Below, one piece after another: positions 48,206-62,207 of a DNA stretch of 64,000 bases. Each line of letters opens with the position of its first letter. Position 1 is the first letter of the stretch. A program made the translations under genes and the position numbers. The notes under the pieces are model-generated. The model searched no databases, was not told the DNA's origin, and worked only from the letters and a program-made list of their open reading frames with translations. Source of the DNA: Nemertoderma westbladi (taxonomy: Eukaryota; Animalia; Xenacoelomorpha); assembly GCA_032718475.1 (NCBI GenBank), contig JAUCBJ010004412.1:20813-84812 (forward strand). The letters run 5' to 3'.

Positions 48206-49735
48206 ATGGAGAACATTCCATACCCTTTCGTTGATACTCAGCTGATTGCTCCCTGGGCAGAAGGTCGAGGTTTCTTCCGCACCATGTATGCTAATACGTC
48301 TAGCAACATTACAAAGGTGCAACGAACTTCCATCGGACATCTTGCCTTTCAGGAATACGGAAGGAATTTCAAAGTCGGAAATCCCATTAACTATCAACAA
48401 GTATACGGAGACCATTATTCTCGATTATACTTCGATGGACCATTGACCGCACCTGGCGCTGTGTATAGCTTCATGAGTGTTCCACTCCGTCCCTCCTTAG
48501 CTATATACACAATCTTTGAAAACACCGCACTTGCCGGTTGGCTAGCCGATGTGTGCAGTCGTACTATACGCGCCCATCCATTAATACTTGGGACCAAACT
48601 CGCTAAGCTAGATGAACATAATAAATTCATCCGCTTCGAATGTTTCCGGCGATTTTTAACCCCATTCCGCAACGTGGATAGCCAATTTAAAGACCGCGCT
48701 TTGACCAAGCTCAGCCTAAGAAACTCAGCTGCAGAGAAGTTGGATAGCGCTGGATTCGCCGTTTTCAAAGAGATTTGTATATCGAACTTGCACTCCTCTG
48801 TTATACAAAGACCTCGAATCCCCACAGGTTATTCTGTCGTGGAAATTCAGACAATAGGTCCACCTGAAGAGACAGACACGCCCACCTCAGCTATGCACGT
48901 GGAAGACGAACCAATATGTCTAGAATCTGAGGAGATTCAGCCTATCGCGCCCCGGAACAGCGACAACGATTACATCATAGAATGGTATCAAGGTCCACAG
49001 TGTCTCACTGCGTACGATTATCGACATGCCAACTATGTTTCTAGGCAACGTTGTCGGTTATGTGCGTCGAGAGATCATGATACGCCCATGGACACAAACG
49101 TCCGCTGTTCCTATTTCCAAGAACAACCGACTATGGAAATTTATTGCGCATATTGCAGACTCAATAACTTGCACATATTTGCGGTTTGCCCTCAATTTAT
49201 GACTCAATGTCACCATTGTCAACTAAAGGGACACGCCAATTTCGATTGCCCTTTTAATCGCGATTTGGAAAGCGTAGATGAAATGATCACACTACGTTAC
49301 ATCAGAGCTTGGGAAGCGAACGCTGATTTACATTGTGATTCGCGCCATCGTTATTATCCCGGACGCGCTTACGAAGGAGTTTATGCGTTCCATCCTTATC
49401 TATTCGCTTCGGTCGAACAGAAATCACGCATATCGAGTTACGAGCTACTGAAGCGCGTCGGAGAATGTATTTCAACCAAATTCGTACGCAAATTTCTCAG
49501 GAGTGTTAATCCTAGCGACCTTCATTCCTATAACTTAATCAATTATATCCGTCAGGATCCGGACTATGGAGACTTGTTTGTTAACTCACACCCCGAGTTA
49601 CAGGAAGTATATCGACGGCCTTACGAATACCGAGCCCGCGAACGCGAGTTGGAAAGAACCATTAAACCCCGGAGGTTTCTAACTGCCTATGGTCCACCCA
49701 CGGCCCTCGTTCAGACCCTCGTAAAGGACCCGTAA
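48206..49735 (+). CDS. 509-aa zinc-knuckle accessory protein (element B)
   Basis: Differs from 24856-26385 at two residues (S/N, F/L). Confidence 0.7.
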   Translation: MENIPYPFVDTQLIAPWAEGRGFFRTMYANTSSNITKVQRTSIGHLAFQEYGRNFKVGNPINYQQVYGDHYSRLYFDGPLTAPGAVYSFMSVPLRPSLAIYTIFENTALAGWLADVCSRTIRAHPLILGTKLAKLDEHNKFIRFECFRRFLTPFRNVDSQFKDRALTKLSLRNSAAEKLDSAGFAVFKEICISNLHSSVIQRPRIPTGYSVVEIQTIGPPEETDTPTSAMHVEDEPICLESEEIQPIAPRNSDNDYIIEWYQGPQCLTAYDYRHANYVSRQRCRLCASRDHDTPMDTNVRCSYFQEQPTMEIYCAYCRLNNLHIFAVCPQFMTQCHHCQLKGHANFDCPFNRDLESVDEMITLRYIRAWEANADLHCDSRHRYYPGRAYEGVYAFHPYLFASVEQKSRISSYELLKRVGECISTKFVRKFLRSVNPSDLHSYNLINYIRQDPDYGDLFVNSHPELQEVYRRPYEYRARERELERTIKPRRFLTAYGPPTALVQTLVKDP

Positions 49736-50058
49736 GAGCGGCTGTCTTAAAACGAGCTCTCAAAGCCGTTAGACCCCTCTCCCCCGACGTTGATGTCAAT
49801 CAACCCGGTACTTCGACTGGCGGATACACCGACCATAATCCTACACCCTCTGATGCAATCATATTGCACCCTTCACCCAGGAGTTATAGCCCTCCTTGTA
49901 AAGTGGCTCGCCCCAAAGAGAAAAGGACTCTGGCTAGCTTTAAAAAACTGCGTAAACGCCGTCCGCGCAAGAAAGACTAACTGTTTAGAGTATTTACATA
50001 TATTAGAAACTGTGATTTTTGTATATTTATAAACTTGAATCCCATTTTCTGGGAGCGG

Positions 50059-51230
50059 TGTAAAAGCTTTTGCGGATATACTCAGTCCCCCTCGCCCGCA
50101 AGGTACCGTTATAGGTGTTTTAATGGACATAAAAGTCATTCTTCTATATACGTGCTTTGGCGGACATGGTAAGGCAAAAAACCCGCAATGCACCAAATAC
50201 CCTTGCACAGCTTAGCCTTGATGATTCAGATTACGACATCTAACAGCTGGTTGCTGACATGGAAACGGCCATTGGACACATGGTTCTTTGTTTAGCTTAA
50301 CAGCCAATCAGAGCGATTTTTTCTGTCGATGTGGAGATATTTTGGCAGATCATACTAGGAGTGTTCAGTCTTACTGTTTTTCTTGATACTGTTGTGTTGT
50401 TTCTATCTAGGCCAGGAACACCGGCTCTAGAGTCAACTCGTTTTCATACTTTAGAAGAAACATTAGTAGGCTTAAATTATAGAGCGTATAACTGTTATCT
50501 TATCTCAGTTCAGTCTTACATTGGTTCAACATACATTATTATACTGCTATTTACTGTTGTCATTATTTGTATCCGATGGTTGAATATTATTTGGAGAACA
50601 TCTATAAAGAACCCAAATTTCCCAATTTTCTTGATACACTACAGGTTAGAGAGACGGGTTATATATAGCGATTGCGACTTATATTGTTGTGGTTTGTAGT
50701 GAATTTAATGCTATTTGATAAGCACTACATGAGTCCGTTGCTGTTCGCTTTATATATGATAAAATTCATTGACGGTCGGCAAATTAGTGAGCAGTATTGT
50801 GTGTTACCGGTAGTGTGCCTGATTGTGACTGATAACTAAGCATTTCCTAAAGAATGCGCCTCATACGTGAATCATAAGCCTTACCGACTTGCCGTTGTGA
50901 TTAGTATAAGTCATATCTCTGTTTACCTAGATAGAGCACCACGTCCTAAAGGAACTGTTAATATTTCCCGAAAGTGAATAATATTAGTCAGAAATTATTT
51001 ATTAACGATCAATCGAATAATACAGTAAGCTTACACTGCAATAATAATCTAAGCCCTCAGAATCCAGTCTCCCGGGTATATCCAGCGGGTGAATGGACGC
51101 GCACTAGGCTGGCTTCTGCTAATGTTGTGTTTATTGGTATTAAATATTTGTCAATAAAGTCTATTTATAAACCAAAAGACATATAAATTTTGGCAGGTTA
51201 AACTGCTAAAGGTCTTCAAAAGCCCGTACA
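50059..51230 (+). repeat. 3' LTR of element B (1172 bp)
   Basis: Direct repeat of 26709-27887 (3 substitutions plus 3-bp and 4-bp indels seen). Confidence 0.93.
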
Positions 51231-52076
51231 GTAACACAAAGTTTAACTAAGTTTTCCCTTCCCTTTCTCAAAATTGGCCCCAGCATGAAAAAAATGGCGC
51301 AAAACATTGATCTGCCACTGACAATGGCAATGTAAGAACGCTCCTAAATGGAGTAAAAAAACAAATAGAGGCCAATATAATTATTATTGTGCCTAATACT
51401 GTAAGTAAAACAGAAGAGTAGGCACGACAATAACAAATTTGTTTGTATCATTTTTTGTAGCCTTACCCTAAGTCCTAGTACATCGTGGCTCCTACTTGAT
51501 GTATTATTACCTCCAGGCAGTTCAATATTATATTAGGCTTATGTAAAATTACCATTTAAATGTGCTGTAGGCCTAATGTAATACAGATTAGATAGCCAGA
51601 TTAGACCTGGAACTGTAGTGCACCCATAAAACCGTCATAGTAGCGTACCATGTAAGCGTAATCAACTGAATGGGAGCTTTGCAGTAGGCCTACGCACCAG
51701 CCAGATCCAGGAAGGGGTTAATGGCAGGCCTACTGTATAGTATTCAGAGTATAAAAACTAATAAAAATAGAAATTAAAATTTTGAGGATATTTTCTGAAA
51801 TATATGTGATCTTCATGAATTTTTTTATAGTGTCTTTATATCAGAGATTGATATGAAGTTATTACAGTATGTCTGTTATGATTATTCCAGTTGAATTTCT
51901 TCCATCTAAATGCACGCTTACCCTACTTCCTTTGATATTTCTACTTTTTGTCCCGCACTTTACGTAAAGTGCGGGACACCTGTTTACCACATAACACGAA
52001 ACACCACAAACAAACTAAGTACCCCAGATTAATGATACATATATTTGTGCTTTGCAAACGACATAACATCATTCTA

Positions 52077-54505
52077 CAGTCCCGCTCACCAACAGAGTGC
52101 CATCGGATCCGATCGGATCCAACACACTCCGACAGCTTCAAACAAGCACAATGCTAACCTACGGAGATTTAGTACTGTTTGATTCTGTTGGAGAAAATAT
52201 TTCCAACAAGTTTAGTCTGTTGGAGCCCATCTGAATCTGTCTGAAATCCGTCTGAAAGTGTTTGAAATTTCTGTTGGATGTTGTTGGAAGCTATCTGAAG
52301 TTGTCTGAAGCTGTTTGAAATTGTCTGAAACTGTTGGAAGTTGTCTGAAGATGTTTGACGCCATCGGAATTTGTTGGAATTTGCCAATGCCTTACAAAAG
52401 CGTAGTTCATTAACAAAATGTCAATCACTTTTACTCTCAATTTGAAGTGATTGTGAGGGTGTGCTATTGTCAATTATAAACCGAAACAAAGATTTGTTTC
52501 ATTTAACAATTTTTATTTACATAATTATGTCGTTAATTATATCAATTAATTAACTAGAATGCATAAACGAATAATAAATTCCTATAATATAAATTCCGAT
52601 AAATGAATATAATAACACCAACACGTTTTTAATTCCTTAATTTAATTAGAAATGTAAATAATGCTATAAATATATTAGTTTCTTTGACGTAGGGCACTAA
52701 ATACTGCACATAAACAGATATAAACACAAACAGATTAAGCAAACAGTAAATATAATTACAATGAGTGAAAAAAATATTTTTGGTTAATTTTATTAGTTGT
52801 GTTGAAAGAGCATCGAAATGAAAAGGTTTGCACGTAATACTTCTAGCCCAACTATTTTTTCGCGCACCTACCCTATTTGAGTAAATTACATTCACACACT
52901 CAAAAGTTATTGCAACTTTAGTCTCTGCAAGGCGAACTTCGAAACGGAACTCCATATCCAATATTGGTTTATAGTTAAGCGGTTCCCTAGTTACGAAATA
53001 AATATTCGAGAACAATAAATTATTTAACATTGAGTAAGGCAGCATTTAGGCAGAATTTAGGAACAAACAAGTACCTATTTAAGAATAAAATTACGTATAC
53101 ATGGGAAAACTTATTTTGAATAATAATTATCACTACCCTTTAGTAATGATGGGTCGAAAGTCCCCCCTAGCCCTTCACAAGGGAGGGTGGACGTAGGGAC
53201 GGGGCCCAACGCCAACATATCGTGATAGTTTGTCACATTGGAAGGGGAGGGGGGGGGGGGGGGGGGGGTTGATGAAACGTGGCTGTTAATGTTAAACGTG
53301 AATGAATTAATATCATAAAGTAGTATTGAGCATTACGCACAACCATAATAGATTAGATAGAGAATTGGGAATGTGAAGGCCCTTGTTTTCACGTGACTGC
53401 CATGCCATATTATGATGTAATGTATATCCGCCATGGGAGAAACGAAATTGCGACAACTATGGAGAATCGGGAAGCCTGGAAGGATCTCATTTCCACTGTC
53501 CGAGTTCGCTCGACTTTAGTAGTAGTAGTATATCCGCCATTGACGTACTGTTGTTATGTAAAAGGTAGACCTAATCACACCAGATACTAATTAAAATAAT
53601 GTCTTAATAACTAATTATATTCATTCATACAATAAGCAATGTAGCCAATTAAGGCTGTGATTGACAAATTAACCGCACAATTAATTAATTGACAAAACAA
53701 AAATCAAACTAGTAGAGATCATATCCAAACCTGTATAAATATAAATAAACGCAACGATATAACTAACACATGTACGTACACTATATTAACTGTAGAGGGG
53801 GATACTGTCCCTCCTGCGAAAAGCAAAATATATTTATCAGTATTTTAATTAATGTAACTTAAAGAAATTGAGCCTTATTCGAAGAAATTCTACATGGGCA
53901 TTTTGGACCTATACCGCCACTGCTTGGCTCTTTGGAAGTGTATTTCCGTAAAGCTCTATTGTATGGCTCTAGACCAACCCAAAGCAACATTAGTATGTGA
54001 ACACAGAATTCCATTCCCCATTCATTTCAATGGTAGCCAACTTGTCTTTCTTGTATTGGGGGTAGACCACTGGTTAGCTTTCTGCTATTGTGTTATTCAA
54101 AGATAGCGGCAGGAATAAAGAGAAATACCGACCTCACTAATGGGCTGTTCCTTCAGGTCAGCTTAAGTTACAGTGTGAATGTTCAAGGGCGCCGCCAGTG
54201 GCCAGTCCACTCTGTCGTTATTGTGGCTTTATGAATGGAGTTCCTTTAGTAGTTTCAAAAGCTTTCATTCTATCTGCGCGCAAGAAGATGGGAGTTGAGT
54301 TGGGGTTGCGGTTGAGTGTGGGTGGAGTGATTGACAGGTTGTTGGAAGTTGTCTGATTCTGTTTGAAACTGTCTGAATCTGTTTGAAACTGTCTGAATCT
54401 GTTTGAAGTTGTTGGACTGTTGGAGTTTGTCTGAAAGTGTTTGAAGCTGTTGGATCCGATCGGTTCAGATCGGATCCGATGGCACTCTGTTGGTGAGCTG
54501 GACTG
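52077..54505. mobile_element. Non-autonomous Tc1/mariner-like DNA transposon (2.4 kb)
   Basis: ~38-bp TIR CAGTCC(C/A)GCTCACCAACAGAGTGCCATCGGATCCGATC with TA on both flanks and subterminal GT(C/T)TGAA repeats. No transposase ORF. Confidence 0.8.
53430..53530 (+). mobile_element. Short RTE-like LINE 3' end with (TAG)n tail
   Basis: Encodes EIATTMENREAWKDLISTVRVRST, followed by TAGTAGTAGTAGTA. Confidence 0.6.
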
Positions 54506-55294
54506 TACTATAATACAGTATGTCTATCTTGTACAAACAAAATATGGTGTTCAGCGTAAAGTGCGGGACATTATGATGTAAGCAGATTTTGAGCTCTGAA
54601 TTTTTAGACACAACGTTGTTTTAATTGACAGCAAATGATTTCATTAGAAATTATGATTGTTGGGGAGCAGATATTATTTATAGAAACAAATTGTGTTCTG
54701 GAACTTAAGAAACTAGTAATTAGTTTAAGAGGAATACCACGGATACCGTACGCGTTTAGTTTGTTAAGTAGGATTTAGTGGTTTAGGGTTTCAAATGCTT
54801 TGCGTAAATCTAAATAGATCGTACTGACAGGCTGATACTTATTGCCCAATTAAAAGGCCCAAAAATCCCTTTATGGGCCTTTTTTGTCTAAAATGGGCCC
54901 TAACCATTGTCAGTTAAAAGCGTTCAGAATAATTTTATACAAGGGTCTTCTGAACTTATATTCTGAATTTCGACAAATTCTAATAATATTAGTTGGCGTT
55001 TTGGCCTTTGACACAAAAAGCTACCTTTGGCCATTACAGGGCCATGTTGGGGTCAATTTTTAAAATATTAGGTTTGGCTATTTTTAAACAAACCCAGACG
55101 ATGTTTAGTAGTACAAAAAATAATTTCCACCCAATTTTAGGGTCCAGAGACACCAAAATGTGAGCTTATATTTGTGGGTGCCCCCCCCCCCCCCCCCCCC
55201 CCTTAACTGGTTAACTGCATTACGTGAAATCCATGCGTAGAGGAGGGGGGGGGGGGGGTTCAGTTCACAGACCACACTAATAAAAATGCTTTAA

Positions 55295-55873
55295 TTACAT
55301 TATTGGAATAACAGTATCATTGGCGAAAGGAAAGGACCAATGAGATACTGTGTCGAAGTTTGTATAATTAGTTATTGTATTTGGATGTGTCTGATTGGCT
55401 GCGTTGAGTAGAGCTAACTTCCTGTGTAGGTCAATCACATTGAGTATTCCCAATCCGAGACAAACGACAAGTACCGCTAGAAACAATAGGTACAATGCGG
55501 GTTTATTAATCTTCTGGTCGCGTTGGTCTACCTCAACTGTCCATGTTGGCACAACCCTTCTTGCGCGATTAACTAAGGGCTTTCTTTCCTGTGATTGATC
55601 TTGTTTAGGGGTTGACAGCTGTTTGAACTTGTTATTTGTTGAGTCACCTTCCGGTGGGGATACAAAGTATACGGATGGGGAATTTTTTCTAGTGATCAAA
55701 GGGGAGCATGTGTCGCTGTTTAGTCGAGCCGGAACACTTGGCGTACGGTGGATGTAGCTATGGAAACTGGGAACAACTAAAACTTCGTCATGGTGTGATA
55801 TGTCGATCACAGCTGGTTTGGTATTAGAAGTTGGTATTTTAGAGTACTTTGTCGTTATACCATTGTCAGCCAT
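55295..55873 (-). CDS. Putative single-pass type II membrane protein, 192 aa, host gene of unknown function
   Basis: ATG-to-stop ORF in unique AT-rich DNA. Ser/Pro-rich N-terminus, one hydrophobic segment (ALYLLFLAVLVVCLGLGILNVI), then sequons NQT, NYT and NDT. Confidence 0.6.
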   Translation of the reverse strand: MADNGITTKYSKIPTSNTKPAVIDISHHDEVLVVPSFHSYIHRTPSVPARLNSDTCSPLITRKNSPSVYFVSPPEGDSTNNKFKQLSTPKQDQSQERKPLVNRARRVVPTWTVEVDQRDQKINKPALYLLFLAVLVVCLGLGILNVIDLHRKLALLNAANQTHPNTITNYTNFDTVSHWSFPFANDTVIPIM

Positions 55874-57476
55874 TCTTTAAATCATAATACGATTCCAAAA
55901 ATATACTTATTCCACAAACATAAATATATTACAATGTATTAAAAAATGTTTGTTTTTACATCAGCACATAGGCGTATAAAATATGTAGGGGCCTACTGTA
56001 CATTAGTTTCAGTTTGAATAATAATTAAAAAATATATATATAATACTAGTGCCTCTCATGACATCAACTCCAACTGTAGATTTTAACTCTTCAATAACAA
56101 TTTTTGTCCATAAATTATTGCTTTGATTTGGAAGGCACTGAAGAGCTCGCTGCTAAATTATTATTAGGCCTTTCAATAGTGAAAATGTAGCTGGAACAAA
56201 TCCGTTGTTATAGAAACAAAGCTAACATCCACCAATAAATACTGTACCAGCAGCATTCAAATGAGTTACAGTACGAGGCTTAGGATTTGCTATTGAGCTG
56301 CTCTTACAGTAGCGGTAGCTATGTTAAGATCAGCAATCTCATAAAATGATCTGAATTATAAAATGGGGAATATTATTAACATACAGGACGATTAGGATTA
56401 GTTAGGCTGTCCTCCAATAAGCTTCATTATTGCCGAAACAGTAGGTGTTTGACAGGTTTCTTTTGATGGATTGGATTTTTACTCAGCCATGAATTATTCC
56501 CCAAGGTGCAGTACATTATTTATCAGGCCCTGTGTTTGATTACATACGATATCTTAACGGGACTTCCTCTATTGAGTTAGCACATTACCGTGCTGATCAC
56601 AGCACAGCATGCACCTTAACGTAGAGCCCTTTGGACGTACGTGTACTTTATATTCTGGGGATAATAACACGGTTATAAATAGGGGAAAATGGAGTGGGTG
56701 AAGGGAAGGATCAAGAAAATACAGTTTCGTAGAGGAGGGAGACTTTTCTTGAATGTTTGATCGATTGATGTCACGGCTTGAATTTTCGAAAGATTAGTTT
56801 TCAAAAGGAAATTATTTACTAATACCAAATATGCCCTTTAAACGTGCAATTTCCCCATGGGACAATTCATTCATCTCACCCAAACCCCCCATTACCATTG
56901 CAAATAGGGGTGGGGGGTAATCCCAGCCACCCCCCCCCCCCCCCCCCCCCCCCAAGAAAATTTCTAGAGGGAGAAATTATAGGCATTCAACAGTAATGAG
57001 GGGCGACACTTTTGATATTAAAGCTCTTTCCTACAGTATATATTAATAGCGACAACGCATTGTCTGCGAATTATACAATTTTTAAAATATATTTTTTTTT
57101 TGTTGGTTGGGGAAGGGGGAGGGGAGAGGGGGTGATTAATAAGGGGGGTGCGAAAATTTGGCATTTGTCCCCCAATGGAAATGGTTCCCTTACGCATATG
57201 GACTCAATCATTATTCATACATCCCCTAGCATGTTCTATTAGTTTATTGTTTGGATTGGAATAATGTGCCACTATAACCCCTTAATTAATAATTCAACAT
57301 TGATGAGAAATATTAATTTTCTGAGATGGATTATTAAATCAAAAATATATACTTCATATACTGTAGCAAATTTTCAGCATCAAGAAATGGTCAAATAATA
57401 ACTTTACATAACGCACTATACAGTACTTGTGTTTAAAGCAGCTGTTTGTACTTGTTCATAACAGTGCGTTTGTAGT

Positions 57477-60400
57477 CGTCACCTTCAAGGCAGAACCCCC
57501 TAAGTCGATTTTTTTCGATTTTCATGTTTTTGACATTTTGGGTAATTCGATATCGGCTTTTTCGTCTGGCAGAACGCTTTTCTACTGTACCAGCCATTTT
57601 TGAGTTATAAGAAAAAGACAGTTCCCTGTAACTTATGCCCGCTTCGAGGCAGAACCCCACAAGTCAATAATTGGCTTGCAAAACACCGTAAATTCAAGTA
57701 AATGAAATTCAGTCCACCTGGCAAAACCCCTTAAATCAGAAATAACAACCTGTAAAACCCCTTAAATCAGAAACAATAACCTGACAAAACCCCGTAATTT
57801 CTCGTTTATATACTGGTTTGTATTGCGGCCATGACACAAACATTATTGGAGGGAACACAAACATTAATGAGGGACACAAATATTTATCAGGGACACTAAC
57901 ATTAATAAGGGACACAAACATTAATCAAGGGCACATTCATTAATAAGGGACACAAATATTTATCAGGGACACTAACATTAATCAGGGACACACATTAAGT
58001 GGCACAAACATTAATAAGGGACAAAAACATTAATTAGGGACACACATTAATCAAGGGCACATACATTAATAAGGGACACAGATATTAATCAGGGTCACAA
58101 ACATTAATGAGGGACAAACACATTAATGAGGGACACACATTAATGAGGGACACACATTAATAAGCGAGACACATTAATGAGGGACACAAACATTAATAAG
58201 CGAGACACATTAATGAGGGACACACATTAATGAGGGTCACACATTAATAAGTGGCACAAACATTAATGAGGGATACAATCATTAATGAGGGACACACATT
58301 AATAAGGGTGACACATTAATGAGGGACACACATTAATGAGGGACACACATTAATAAGGGGCACAAACATTAATGAGGGATACAATCATTAACGAGGGATA
58401 CACAGTATTCAGGGAGACAACCATTAATGAGGGACACAAACATTAATGAGGGACACAAACATTAATGAGGGACACAAACATTAATGAGGGACACAAACAT
58501 TAATGAGGGACACAATCATTAATGAGGGATACAATCATTAATGAGGGACACACATTAATAAGGGAGACACATTAATGAGGGACACATATTATTGGGGGAC
58601 ACACATTAATAAGGGGCACAAACATTAACGAGGGACACAATCATTAATGAGGGACACACATTAATAAGGAGACACATTAATGAGGGACACACATTAATAA
58701 GGGGCACAAACATTAACGAGGGACACAAACATTAATGAGTGACACACATTAATGAGGGACACACATTAATGAGGGACACACATTAATGAGGGACACACTT
58801 TAATAAGGGGCACAAACCATTCACACAAACATTAATGAGGGACACAAACATTAATCTGGGATACAAACATTTATCAGGGACACAAACATTAATGAGGGAC
58901 ACACATTAATGAGGGGCACACATTAATAAGGGGCACAAACATTAATGAGGGAGACACATTAATGAGGGACACAAACATTAATGAGGGACACACAGTATTC
59001 AGGGAGACAACCATTAATGAGGGATACAATCATTAATGAGGGACACACATTAATGATGGACACACATTAATAAGGGGCACAAATATTAATGAGGGATACA
59101 ATCATTAATGAGGGACACAAACATTAATGAGGGACACAAACATTAATGAGGGAGTAAAGCAGTAATCATAGACACTAAATTAAATCTGGGACACAAGCAT
59201 TAATGAGGGATTTACATTAGTAAGGGGCACAAACATTAACGAGGGTCACAATCATTAATGAGGGACACACATTAATAAGGGGCACAAACATTAACGAGGG
59301 ACACAATCATTAGTGAGGGACACACATTAATAAGGGGCACAAATATTAATAACGGATACAACCATTAATCAGGGACACAAACATTAATGAGGGACACAAA
59401 CATTAATGAGGGACACACATTAATAAGGGGCACAAACATTAATGAGGGATACAAAAATTAATGAGGGATTTAATCATTAATGAGGGACACACAGTATTCA
59501 GGGAGACAACCATTAATGAGGGATACAATCATTAATGAGGGACACAAACATTAATGAGGTACACACATTAATAAGGGGCACAAACATTAACGAGGGACAC
59601 AATCATTAATGAGGGACACACATTAATGAGGGACACACATTAATAAGGGGCACAAATATTAATGAGGGATACAATCATTAATGAGGGACACACAGTATTC
59701 AGGGAGACAACCATTAATGAGGGATACAATCATTAATGAGGGACACACATTAATAAGGGGCACAAACATTAACGAGGGACACAATTATTAATGAGGGACA
59801 CACATTAATGAGGGACACACATTAATAAGGGGCACAAATATTAATGAGGGATACAACCATTAATGAGGGACACAAACATTAATGAGGGACACACATTAAT
59901 AAGGGGCACAAACATTAACGAGGGACACAATCATTAATGAGGGACACACATTAATGAGGGACACACATTAATAAGGGGCACAAATATTAATGAGGGATAC
60001 AATCATTAATGAGGGACACACAGTATTCAGGGAGACAACCATTAATGAGGGATACAATCATTAATGAGGGACACACATTAATAAGGGGCACAAACATTAA
60101 CGAGGGACACAATTATTAATGAGGGACACACATTAATGAGGGACACACATTAATAAGGGGCACAAATATTAATGAGGGATACAACCATTAATGAGGGACA
60201 CAAACATTAATGAGGGACACAAACATTAATGAGGGACACACATTAATAAGGGGCACAAACATTAATGAGGGATACAAAAATTAATGAGGGATTCATTCAT
60301 TAATGAGGGACACACATTAATAAGGGGCACAAACATTAACGAGGGACACAATCATTAATGAGGGACACACATTAATGAGGGACACACATTAATAAGGGGC

Positions 60401-62207
60401 ACAAATATTAATGAGGGATTCAACCATTAATGAGGGACACAAACATTAATGAGGGACACAAACATTAATGAGGGACACACATTAATAAGGGGCACAAATA
60501 TTAATGAGGGATACACATTAATAAGGGGCACAAACATTAACGAGGGACACAATCATTAATGAGGGACACACAGTATTCAGGGAGACAACCATTAATGAGG
60601 GATACAATCATTAATGAGGGACACACATTAATAAGGGGCACAAACATTAACGAGGGACACAATCATTAATGAGGGACACACATTAATGAGGGACACACAT
60701 TAATAAGGGGCACAAATATTAATGAGGGATTCAACCATTAATGAGGGACACAAACATTAATGAGGGACACAAACATTAATGAGGCACACACATTAATAAG
60801 GGGCACAAATATTAATGAGGGATACACATTAATAAGGGGCACAAACATTAACGAGGGACACAATCATTAATGAGGGACACACATTAATGAGGGACACACA
60901 TTAATGAGGGGCACAAACATTAATGAGGGATTCAACCATTAATAAGGGACACAAACATTAATGAGGGACACAAACATTAATGAGGCACACACATTAATAA
61001 GGGGCACAAATATTAATGAGGGATACACATTAATAAGGGGCACAAACATTAACGAGGGACACAAACATTAACGAGGGACACAATCATTAATGAGGGACAC
61101 ACATTAATGAGGGACACACATTAATAAGGGGCACAAACATTAACGAGGGACACATTCATTAATGAGGGACACACATTAATGAGGGACACACATTAATAAG
61201 GGGCACAAATATTAATGAGGGATACAACCATTAATGAGGGACACAAACATTAATGAGGGACACAAACATTAATGAGGGTCACACATTAATAAGGGGCACA
61301 AACATTAATGATGGATTCAATCATTAATGAGGGACGCAAACATTAATGAGGGACACAAACATTAATGAGGGACAAAACATTAATGAGGGGCACAAACATT
61401 AATGAGGGACACACATTAATAAGGGGCACAAATATTAATGAGGGATACAACCATTAATGAGGGACACACATTAATGAGGGACACACATTAATAAGGGGCA
61501 CAAATATTGATGAGGGATTCAACCATTAATGAGGTACACAAACATTAACGGGGGACACAATCATTAATGGGGGACACAAACATTAATGAGGTACACAAAT
61601 AATAATGAGGGACACAAACATTAATGGGGGACACAAACATTAATGAGGTACACAAACATTAATGATGGACACAAACATTAATGAGTGACAAAACATTAAT
61701 GAGGGACACAAACATTAATGAGGGACACACATTAATAAGGGGCACAAACATTAACGAGGGACACATTCATTAATGAGGGACACACATTAATGAGGGACAC
61801 ACATTAATAAGGGGCACAAATATTAATGAGGGATACAACCATTAATGAGGGACACAAACATTATTGAGGGACACAAACATTAATGAGGGTCACACATTAA
61901 TAAGGGGCACAAACATTAATGATGGATTCAATCATTAATGAGGGACGCAAACATTAATGAGGGACACAATCATTAATGAGGGACACACAGTATTCAGGGA
62001 GACAACCATTAATGAGGGTTACAATCATTAATGAGGGACACAAACATTAATGAGGGACACACATTAAGAAGGATATTAATTCTATTTAGTTGTCAAAAAG
62101 CACAACAACAAGTAAACTGAGGCATCTATCTAAATAATAAACAGTATTTATCGATTATCTCAGAACTACAAAAATCGACTTAAGGTATTTCTGCCTTGAA
62201 GGTGACG
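57477..62207. mobile_element. Non-autonomous TIR DNA transposon (Sola-like) carrying a satellite array
   Basis: ~37-bp imperfect TIR CGTCACCTTCAAGGCAGAA..TAAGTCGATTTTT. 4-bp TSD TAGT at 57473-76 and 62208-11. Confidence 0.85.
57832..62066. repeat. 4.2-kb satellite of 17/19-bp units with higher-order structure
   Basis: Units GGGACACA(AA)CATTAATGA with recurring variant blocks. Confidence 0.95.

Larger units (their letters stand above)
26709..51230 (+). mobile_element. Defective BEL/Pao LTR retrotransposon, element B, with three nested insertions
   Basis: LTRs at 26709-27887 and 50059-51230. gag-pol is homologous to element A. No left TSD because the 5' LTR is shared with the upstream tandem copy. 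Confidence 0.93.

Noticed and set aside
57832-62066. Possible CRISPR array
   Set aside because: Head-to-tail 17/19-bp units without spacers, in eukaryotic DNA.
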